Part shown: one piece after another, positions 49,686-60,300 of the stretch
Numbering within the stretch: position 1 is the stretch's first letter
Layout: each line of letters opens with the position of its first letter
NCBI RefSeq assembly: GCF_964355755.1
Contig: NC_092670.1
Span: 40,660,388 to 40,724,387 of the forward strand
DNA from: Antedon mediterranea
Taxonomy: Eukaryota > Animalia > Echinodermata
DNA length: 64,000 nt
Reading direction: 5' to 3'
Notes under the pieces: model-generated
What the model was told of the DNA's origin: nothing
The model's input: the letters and a program-made list of their open reading frames with translations, nothing else
Databases searched by the model: none
Position numbers and translations under genes: made by a program

Positions 49686-51335
49686 TCATTTTGGGACCGT
49701 TAATACATTTTGTCCCGTAGATATTTTCCTTGTTTTCAAATGAGCTGGAATTACTTTATGTTTAACATTTTGACTGGCAGTATCGATGCTGTTTCTCTTG
49801 CCGATTTTCAACTGTTCTAAATTCTTCGGTTTGCCAGCTTCGTTCCTATAATTATTGCTGATACGTGGATTATGATTTCCAGCTTTTGCTCCTACGCCAC
49901 CAGCAGTAACCCTGGCTCCTGCGTAAATCTGGTTCGTCCTTCTAAGAGACTGCGCCAACCCCGTTCTAGCTGTTGTTCTTCTTTTGCTTTTATTAGTTCG
50001 ACTTTTCCACTTATCACCTTTTTTATTTTTTGATTCGCATTTTAAATTTCCACTAATAACGCTGACACTGCCCGTTGGTGATTGTCTGCCTAAAAGTTCG
50101 TCATATGTTTCGTCGTCGCTGCTATAGTGACCCAGCATGAACGACAATCTTCGCGCACTTTCATGTTTCTCGTGTAGTCTCAAAATGGTCGATCGTGACG
50201 GTCGCGTTTTTATCTGCATGTCTGGTACGGAATCTTTACTTTCGTCATCGTCTTTCGACAAATCATCCATTTCAATATTTTCATCAATTCCGACGCCGGA
50301 ATCCAATTGACCCTTAGTACTCATTTTTATAGGAAGAAAATCAATGTTGTCATGGTGAGAATCTTCCTCGTGTACTTCTGGCAAAACTCTCCTTCGTCCA
50401 TCTAACAACACATTGCTTCCGAGCATGCGCGACGCGTATGAACGCACGTACGCTCCTTTGCACTTCAGCAATCTCCACGTACATTTTCTATAAAGATTGT
50501 TCATCAAAACGTACAAACATGAGTTACTTATCGTTGAAACACCAACCAATATATGGATAAGACTTATTGCTAAAGCTGGTGTCTCGATAGAAAAAACCGA
50601 CACGGCCAAACCGATGAAATACAAACTCCAAACACAAACAAATGCGCAGATAATTAATGAAATTAAACGAAACGCTCGTTTTGATTTTGTGAAATTGTTT
50701 TTTTGTTGCGGGTAGCTCTTCAGTGTATCAGAATGAAGATTAATAGCTTTGTGTATTTTATAATAAGAACAAATTATGATTAAAACCGGAAATAACCAAA
50801 TAGAAAACATTAGATATATCGTAAACGTTCGATCGGAATCGCTAATCTCCGATGTATACTTAGGCGGGCATAGGTATTGTAAGGGGTAATAACCCCATCC
50901 TGTTAGTGGAATTAAAACATTCTTAAGTGAAAATATGACGCTGATTGCCATAGGTAAAAGTGCTGATTTCATTTGTAGAAGTTTAGTATCTTTTAACTTG
51001 ACAGTTGTCCTGTATCTGTACAAACTGATCACGACCGACACCACCGACGACAAAGTCATGAAATATAACGTTGTTCCGCTTAGAAATTTAACACGTTTTA
51101 CTTGACTACATGTTGAATCAGGTGTCATGAGTGTTAGGAAAGTGGTTATGGAGATAAACGTCACAAGAAAGGCGTCAACAACCGCAAGAAACGCATTTAA
51201 GAGATTTGTGGCAGAATATAACATCTTGTTTCTCAAGAACACTACGAATGCAGTTGTGTTCATTACAGAGGATATGATTCCTATTATAAGATGCATTGCT
51301 GTTAGATACGCGGCCCAACCATAATGTGACGACAT
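49686..51335 (-). CDS. Orphan rhodopsin-family (class A) GPCR, intronless, long C-terminal tail
   Basis: 549-aa ORF with seven hydrophobic segments, TM2 LAVVD, TM3 LYRY (DRY-equivalent), TM5 P..II..Y, TM6 F..VW and TM7 NSCLY. Confidence 0.88.
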   Translation of the reverse strand: MSSHYGWAAYLTAMHLIIGIISSVMNTTAFVVFLRNKMLYSATNLLNAFLAVVDAFLVTFISITTFLTLMTPDSTCSQVKRVKFLSGTTLYFMTLSSVVSVVISLYRYRTTVKLKDTKLLQMKSALLPMAISVIFSLKNVLIPLTGWGYYPLQYLCPPKYTSEISDSDRTFTIYLMFSIWLFPVLIIICSYYKIHKAINLHSDTLKSYPQQKNNFTKSKRAFRLISLIICAFVCVWSLYFIGLAVSVFSIETPALAISLIHILVGVSTISNSCLYVLMNNLYRKCTWRLLKCKGAYVRSYASRMLGSNVLLDGRRRVLPEVHEEDSHHDNIDFLPIKMSTKGQLDSGVGIDENIEMDDLSKDDDESKDSVPDMQIKTRPSRSTILRLHEKHESARRLSFMLGHYSSDDETYDELLGRQSPTGSVSVISGNLKCESKNKKGDKWKSRTNKSKRRTTARTGLAQSLRRTNQIYAGARVTAGGVGAKAGNHNPRISNNYRNEAGKPKNLEQLKIGKRNSIDTASQNVKHKVIPAHLKTRKISTGQNVLTVPK

Positions 51336-54300
51336 GTTGAAGTCTTAGTGCTGGAAATGACAAAATGTCATCATCTATGTTCAACTGCTGCTGTGTTAGC
51401 TGCAGTTTTGTTAATAACATTTAAACCACTTTAAAGAAGTTGAACATTCATAATTCGTTATATATGGTCAGTCATACTGCTGTGCCATGTTAAAGTTTTT
51501 CCGTGTTAGCTGCTGTTATCACATCTATGTTCAAAAATACTTTTTTCAAAATGGCAGAACCACTTTTTGCTGCAGTTATGTTGAATCATAACATTTAACC
51601 TACTTTAGAGAAGTTGGTCCATATTGGAAGATTCATAATTCATTATATGCAGTTGAAGTATTTCGGTGCTAGATGAAAGAGAAAATTGCGTCATCTGTTC
51701 AACAATTGTTTTCCAAAATAAAAAGGTACGGTACAATTAACACTTTTTAGTGTGTGATTACATTTTCCCATTCGAAACATTTGTCGTTTATACTCGTAGC
51801 AGTTGCTCATACTATTCTTTTGTTCAGATTGCTGATGTCTTCTGAGTCAGTCCAAGAAAGCAACCGATCTTACAGAGTAGGTAGACAGCGAGTTGGAGAA
51901 AATTATTGCGAATGTACATCAGTACACTTGTTTGAACCGCCAAAGTGCATTCGTACGGTATATTATGTTTCCAGTAAAATGTTTGAGTAGGCCGGCTATA
52001 GCTAGTATCAGAATATATATTCAGGTATTCGATCAAAAATACTCACACGATGATTAGATGACTAAATCATTACACCGACAATTTAATTATAATAAAAAAA
52101 ATACTCGGCTGATAAAAGAAGTAAAATTTGACTCCACTGCGTTGACGGTTGCCCCACGACGAATGACGCGGGGCAGGATTGGCTACGCAGCATCATCAAT
52201 AATTAGACGCTTTAGAAACTATACTGCACTACTATCTTCCAATTTTCAATGAAATAATGAATATTCATGAGATCATCATTAACAGCCAATAATAAACTGT
52301 ATATATATATTACGTACGTTACTGTTATAATTATTGAAAATGAACTTATTGTTAAGGATGAGAATTTAAAGGCTGTACAAATTTAATGCAAATTGTTTTT
52401 GTTCTTGCTTCGTTTCAGAAGCTTCCGTTCAGACTAATTGTCATAAGACCTTTAGGCCTAAAAGATTTAAAATCTGTTTACTAGGAGTCGTGGTAGGCCT
52501 ACTTTCACCAATCACAGCCGACAGTTTGGATGTCCGTCTAAAGATTGGTTCACACTTAGGACGCACGCAAGGGCGTACACGCAACGCGGAAAATTTGACC
52601 AATCAGAAACGAAGGACTCCGAACGGTTGCTTCTGATTGATTACATTGCGCGTACGTCCTCGCGTCCACGTTGCGCGTTCTTAGTTATTTTAATAATTCA
52701 ACATACAATTTCTTTCACTCTTGGAAGTTGCCATTTTATTATGGTTAATCATTTGCATTAGGCCTAACTGTGTATAATTTGCTACATATTATCTATATTC
52801 AATGAAAGCAAATCCTTGATAAAATTGTGTATGGAAACACAGAGTAAAATAACAAGACAATAGGTAACGACACGGTCATCCCATTAGTGACGTATAATAG
52901 CATTTTATTATTGCCTTCATGGCCACACTTTCTGAAAACAACTTGTGACAGTGTTGAATGCATTAGACTGCTATTATAAATGACTTGAATATTACAAAGG
53001 ACTGCAGTATTATTCAAATATTATCATCACATTAGGAGGTATTATTTCAATTCTAAAAATACTAAGATAAATTGGCTACTGCAATTTATTAATTATTATT
53101 GATTGTCGGGATTCTATTATCCATATTGATAGGTAGATTCTTCGTGGTAGATAATTCGTTAGATTCTTGATATATGGTGATGTGATTTCAGCTTATTTTC
53201 TTATTATTGATTTTTACTTTCTCGCTTGCGTTGTGCCTACGTCATTGCATTGCGTACAAGAGGACGAGAGAACAAATATTACCAAATTAACGATTTAAAT
53301 AATTATCTAATAAAGATCCCATATGCTCAACATATTGTATTGTGTTGTCTTTTACCATCATTATTACCTATACCACCATTTATTAAATTGGCATAGTTTT
53401 GCTTTTCATTTTTGCATTGTAACTTTTGTGTTTTATTTACTTGATTTATTATTGTTTTCTATTTATATTAAAGTATACAGATGTAATAATTTCATTTTAT
53501 TGGAATAAGTACATCTTTATTTGAACAATAGCACAGGAAATAGATAGGCCTACGTAAAATGATATAATTGTGTTTATTTTGAAGGGGGAAAGTGCGTCCG
53601 GTGTAAGATTTAAATCTGTCCGGTGTTTGAAAGTGTCCACTGGACAATTTTCAGCATTGAATATTGTAATACTAGCTGTTGAAAATGGCCGCAACCACCC
53701 GGGGGCAGCTTTCATCGATAAAAAAGTAGGACCATCGAGACATCGACATCATATTAACCCCGTAAAAACTAGGGCACTGGACGTTCACCAACTCCCGTTA
53801 GGGTAATTATAATTCCTTAGAATACCAACTTGAATCGCAAAATATCAAGTGGATTGAAATAAATATTACTATTATTATATCTGGAGACATATAGTCTAAT
53901 CAAATTAAATTGTTTGTTTTTGATTGAGTATATACAACCTGTTGTCAATTTGAAGTAAATCGACAACTTGAAAAATATATAGCCTACTGTATTATTATTT
54001 CGAGGGAATGAATATCACTAAATCATATAGGCATAGGGCCTACCTATTTCGTTATCTCGAAATATTATTTCATTCGAAATTCGAATTACTACTTCGCGAG
54101 AGAACGAAATAATTTCCCTCGAAATTATTTCGTTCTCTCGATCATCATCATCATCATCATCATTCCTTGTCTCGAAGTAGTAATTCGTTTTTTATATTAT
54201 TCAGTTCTTGAAATCTTATTTTGTTCTCCCTAAATATATTCGTTCCCTCAAAATATTTTTCAGTTCTCAAAATATTATTTTGTAATATTCATAATACTGC

Positions 54301-54809
54301 TACTAATTTAATAATATCAACTGATAACAAAAGTTCTTTAAACAAGTAAGTTCGTCATTGTTAAAGTCAGTTCTTTTTCATTATATTTTTTTCACAGATG
54401 CCTGATTTTTGTTTTTATTTAATAAAACATTGAATTGGTTAGTCACAATATTTGCTTTGTTTCTAGAGACTTTACATTATTTATTTATTTATCTAAAATA
54501 CATTTGAAAAATATTGTTGATGCATATTACCAAAAAATATTTGTTTTTTATATTTTATATGGCAAAATAAACACCTTAATTGCGCATCATAATTATTCGT
54601 TCACTCAAGGGTATTTCGGTTTTTTGTTTTTTTCGAATATTAGGGTATTTCGTTCCCAATACAAACAGTCCAATACCGTTATACATCAAATTCATAGAAT
54701 AATGGCTTATATTGAAATGAAGCGTTTAAAACGTCTTTGCCACAATGTCTGTACATGCAGCTGAGTTTAAAAAATCGCGGTTGTATTTTTGTTTTATATG
54801 GACATATAA

Positions 54810-55780
54810 ACATAGAAACCACCAGCTAATACCAGAAATACCAACAGCTTATGTATCAATTTTTAAAATCAACACCAGCTAATTTAGAACGGTCAGCAGA
54901 TAATGTAGTAACGAAAATTGCCTCACAGCTAATGTTGAAAATATTGTATAATTTAAAAACCTGTCTACATCATGTGAAAATGCATTTCTTTACTTACCGG
55001 TAGCTATCCATCTATCCACGTCTCGTAAGTGACCAACCAACAACCACTTCTAGTAAGTAACCACCTCTATTGAACGACCACCGTCTCTGATAATCGCCCA
55101 CCATCTCTTAACGACCACACCACTCGTCAAGGACGAGCTATTTTAAAGGACCACCACCTCGGCTTCTCATAATCAACCTCATGACGGACTACCTCTCTTA
55201 ACGACCACGCCTAAAGTGTCGACCTCTCTATAAAAAAAAACGTCCACCTCTCCACTGGGACCACTTCTCATAATCGACTACCATCCGTAACGACCACCTT
55301 TCGCAAATTACCACCTCTATTGAGGTGGTCACTTACGGGAGGTGTAGTCGGTAAAAGAAGTGGTCGTCTACGAGCGGTGGTAGTTTATGAAAAGCAGTCC
55401 CTTATGAGAGGAGGTTACCCCTTCAGGAAGTTGTCCATTGTGAGAAGCGGTCCTTTAACAGAGGTAGTCCCTTTTAAATATTAAAGGTGGTCGCTAACAA
55501 GGGTAGTTGCTTACGATCAGAGTGCTACGTTTTGAAAGCCGATCACTTACGAGAGGTGGATAGACTGACAGCTAAACTAAGTAGAGAAATACATTTGCAC
55601 ATGATTTAGACATTTAGGTTTGTAAAATATATAATTATTATTTTATTAGCTGGCGATATTAACTACATCAGCTGTGAGGCAATTTTCGTTACTTCATTAC
55701 CTGTTAAGTTGTATATTAGCTAATGTTGATTTTTATTTAATAAATAACTGTTGGTGTTTCTACATTAGCTAGTTCTAGGT
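54810..55780. mobile_element. ~1-kb palindromic non-autonomous element with internal GACCACCTCT repeats
   Basis: Left arm (CGAAAATTGCCTCACAGCT...TCTATCCACGTCTCGTAAGTGA) is the imperfect reverse complement of the right arm; ends approximate. Confidence 0.7.
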
Positions 55781-56677
55781 TTTACTACATGGGTGGATTT
55801 GACAGTTTCGACGACATTTGCTGCCGTTTTCTACACTAGCGGTTTTGAACAGGGACTAGTGTAAAGGAAATGCCACAAGTTGTGTTTTTTTATTTTTTTT
55901 TATTTATTGTTTTGTGTACTAAAGTGGCAGCATAATCAGTATTTATTTTTACCAGATGTCCAGCAAGGGTAATGTCCCATAACTCAGGCCACAATTGTCA
56001 GGTCAACCTCAAAACAGCGGCTCTCGGGAGATATTAATTACCGGTAGTCGTGTTAACTGTCATCTGTTATTTGTCAGGAGAAGGGGTGCGAACTTGCCAT
56101 ATCTCAAATTAAGATTACGCTTACCATGAATATGATTTCATTACAAGAATTATATACCACAGTATGTTACGTAATTTAATTCTCTTATTTTAAAAAATAA
56201 CTAAATAAATTAGTATATGATTCTAGTATAAGTATTATAAAAAATGTTTCTATTTAATATACAGGGAGCGGGGGTTGCCTCATAGCCTGAACGGTTTTAA
56301 TACGAACTTATGTACTATAATATTATTTTACGTAGATTACTATTTAATATTATTTTATTTATTTAACAACATATTTATACAGGATTATACACAATCAAGT
56401 AGAAATATACTTGTTTTGCATTGTGGTCCTGTCGACAAAAACGGATACAAATTTAAATACAATTTCAATTAATATTATAATATAATTTGAGATGAACGTA
56501 TAATATGTAATAAAGAATAACTATATGATTATATTTTATACTCCTATCTGAATGTGCTATTTATTGTGTAATAGAACGACTGAAGCGTTTACCAATAAGA
56601 GTATCTTCGAAATTTAATTTAATAAATGGCATTTCCCTCCAATAGTTTTTTTCTCTCATTTTTTGTGTACTTGCCAC

Positions 56678-57107
56678 TGTAATAAATTACCATTCCCTAA
56701 CCATGAACATTCTAGAATAAGATGTTTACATTTAAGACATCATGTATAATTAATATAATAACAATCAGGAACATTCCAGTATGCTATTAATAGAAACTGT
56801 AATCAAATAGAATAAGAAGTATAAAGAATGATATAGAAGGATAGGAACATCTTGTATATAAAGGGATGTAAAACTATTGTCATGTTGTTGGATATTAGAG
56901 GTTGGATATTAGATTGTAAAAGTTATTGTGAAGCTGTTGTTTAAAATGCTTACTGGGTTGTTGAAAGTTGAAGTTGATTGAAATTAAAGATTTGTTTTTG
57001 AGTTATTTTACAACTTTGTGAATTTGGTGTGTATACTTTTATGTCACAAGGGAGTTTCTAAAGTATTTTCAACCGCTCGGAAACATACGTAAAAGGAGTT
57101 CGTGACA
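56678..57107. mobile_element. Putative solo LTR
   Basis: 430 bp with TGT...ACA termini, near-perfect 5-bp TSD GCCAC/TCCAC and internal TATATAAAGG. Confidence 0.5.
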
Positions 57108-57332
57108 TCCACTTAAGGCACAAAGTTTAAATTATAGGCCTACACCTGACAAAACTGTTTGCTCTTTCTTCTAATCGGCAATTGGTTAAAACAAATGTAG
57201 CAAGAAGCTGATTGGCTCAATGTTTGTTCAAAACCTCCTACATTTAAAAAATCATTCACTTTGCTTGCAAAGTTCCAATCACGGTGTTGTTCGTTACAAT
57301 CTGCCTTCTTTCTATTTTTACTTATTATCATT

Positions 57333-60300
57333 ATGGCCGATCATGAGTTTGATGCCTTGAGAAACTATCTACAAAACAACGTTTATCCTGTAAATTATTC
57401 TGAAATATTAAAACGAAGTTTGCGACGGAAAGCCAAGAACTTTACAATTCTTCGTGATATCTTGTATTACAAACAACATTCTGGTAGATTGTTGCGTGTA
57501 TTGTTACCGAAAGAAAAACACGAAGTGTTAAACAGTATCCATAAGCAGGCACATGGTGGTCACTTGGGTGTCAACAAAACGTAAGTTTAAAGTTTGTCAA
57601 TTAAATAATATTTAAGCTTCGATAAGTTTCTGGGTGACTTTAAAACTGTTTATATGTTTGGCCAGGTGGAATGCCATCCTGAGATGAGTATTAGTAATTA
57701 GTACAGCATTGTTTTTAAATGATTTTATACGTAATTTTACTTTCTGTGGACCACAGAATTCGAAACAAATGATTAAATGAATGAATTAAATGAATAATAA
57801 CTAATACTTATCAATTGAAAAATGTATAATGACCGTGTACATTATGAAGTTAGTATTTTATATATAGATTCAAACATATTTTTATACCTCCATGAATGAA
57901 AAATATGTTAAGTCGATAATAATTTCTACTCAATATATTATCGCAATTAATTGTATAAATATATTGAAGTTGAACATAAAATATCACATGTAAAAAATAC
58001 AAAACATATATTGGCATTCAATAATTAATCAAAAATGTTCCGAATATGAGCACTGTTTCAATAATTTGACAGATTATTATTATATAATTTACACAGTGCT
58101 ACACAACGCATATATCTTTAGTTCAAAATTAAGATATCTCTTTTAATAAAGATAGATTATTTCAATTGAAAACTAAGATGTCTTACTTTTTAAAAGAAAT
58201 ATCTATGTTAATAGATATTTTTTTGTAGGCTTATTACACCTCGAAAAACCAAGAAGAATACAGTACAACTAGCTCTATCTATAATAGTAATGTTTTAGTT
58301 TTATAACAGTTCATATACGGTACTCTACACGTGCCCACTGCATAACTAACACAGAAAAAAATCCACTTGTGATATTCCGAATGGGACAAGAATCTTCCAT
58401 TCTAAATATCTTGGTAAGTAAGTAATATAGAGATATCCCTCATGAGAGATATCTTAGTTTTAAATAGTGATACAAATACTTCCCGAATGAAAACTTATTC
58501 AGGTCTTGGTATAATAAATATGTTCAATATTAGTTGCTCATTCATAATGCAAAAAGCCATATCAGTATTAACTTTCGTTCGTTTAAAATGTATACTTATG
58601 AAAGAAAACACAATTTGACAAAAAAAAAGGTAAGGAAGAAGACTTTTATTATGTAACTTTAAAGTGGATTATTACATTTTTTTTTAGGGAATACTTCTTT
58701 AAAAAAAACGCATTTTCAATAACAAAACTAGTTTCCAATCCCCCGGTAATGGAGTAAAACCACCTGCAGCTTATGTAATGAAAAAAATTAACACCATGTA
58801 GAACGATCAACAACGAATGTAGGAACGAAAATTGCATCCCAGCTAATGTAGGACTATCGCCAGCTAATGTAGAAAATATATATTTTACAAACCTAAATGT
58901 CTAAATCATGTGCAAATGCATCTGTTTACTTAGCTATCCATCTATCCACGTCTCGTAACCGACCAACTTTCTAAAACGACCACACATCGTAAGCAACCAA
59001 CTCTTTTAAGGGACCGTTTCTCATAATCGACTTCCTCTCTCGTAACGACAACTTTTTTGGGTGACCACCTCTATTAAACGGCCATCGTCTCTGTTAAGGG
59101 ATCGCTTCCCATAATCGACCAACTATTGTAAGTGATCACATCCTCTCATTATGGACCGCTTCTCATAATCGACCACCTCTCGTAGTAAGCGACCACCTCT
59201 CTTAACAACCACAACTCTCGTAAGCGACCGCTTTTTATTTTCGACCGCCTCTCGTAAGTGATGATCTCTTTTAGAAGACCACCATATCTCTAAATGGACC
59301 GCTTCTCATAATATACCAACTCTTGTATAAATCACCTCTCTTAAGTGACCACTTCTAATAAACGACCTCTCTGTTAGGAGACCGCTTCTCATAATCGATC
59401 ACATATCGTAAGCGACCACCTCCCTTATCGACCACATCTTTCGTAAGTGACCACCTATTTTAAAGGACCACTACCTCTCGCAATCTACCATTGTGGCTCA
59501 CTAAAAAGTACCCGGTTTCCTTAATAGGGTGTCCTCTACATTTTAAAAATAAATAAATTTAACCAGTATGTAGTGTTAAAACGTATATATTTCCCCTTGT
59601 TTATTTTTTAAAAAAAAGTGGCGATTTTTATATCTACTCTGTCGCACATTCACCAAGCGTACACAATAATTCTAGTAGGACAATTAATTATTTATACTTT
59701 TCAAGTTAGTTTTTTATTGCCTGAGTGAATTATTACCAGATTGAGGGCGTAGTTATTTTGTATGGGAGGCTGCACTCAATTTGAAGTTTATATGGGGGTA
59801 TTTAGAATGTAAACACGGTACAATCAGGGAGATGTAAATCTCCCTGGTACAATGTGACACGGAATCATCACGGACTGATGGACATTTTTCATAGAAGGTA
59901 TCTTTTCCCTTTTCAATATTCATTTATCATTGTCAAATAAAAAAACTAGAAACATAGATAAATATTAAAAGTGAATTAATCAGTTGTGCCCAGTGCTTGC
60001 CTTAAACGAAAAGTTAAAATATATGGAACGCCAAACTGTAATGTTATTATAATGCATTGATGAGAATGGTGATGTGAACTGCGGTAATAAATAATAAATA
60101 ATATTAAAAAACAAAATAAAATTAAAATATTTAAAGAATCCATAATACAGTTTTAAGGTCAATAGTAAACCTACAAAGAGATTGAATATCATCAATACAA
60201 TAAACACATTTTTTTTTTTTTTTAACAGTTGGAAAAAGATACGCGAAAGGTATTATTGGAAGGGGTCATTTGATGGTGTTCGTAATTTTATAGCCGCCTG

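Noticed and set aside
49686-51335. Opsin assignment
   Set aside because: No Schiff-base lysine in TM7.
55996-57150. TGTCAGGT...ACCTGACA as Ginger TIRs
   Set aside because: Only 8 bp, no TSD, and they do not enclose the transposase.
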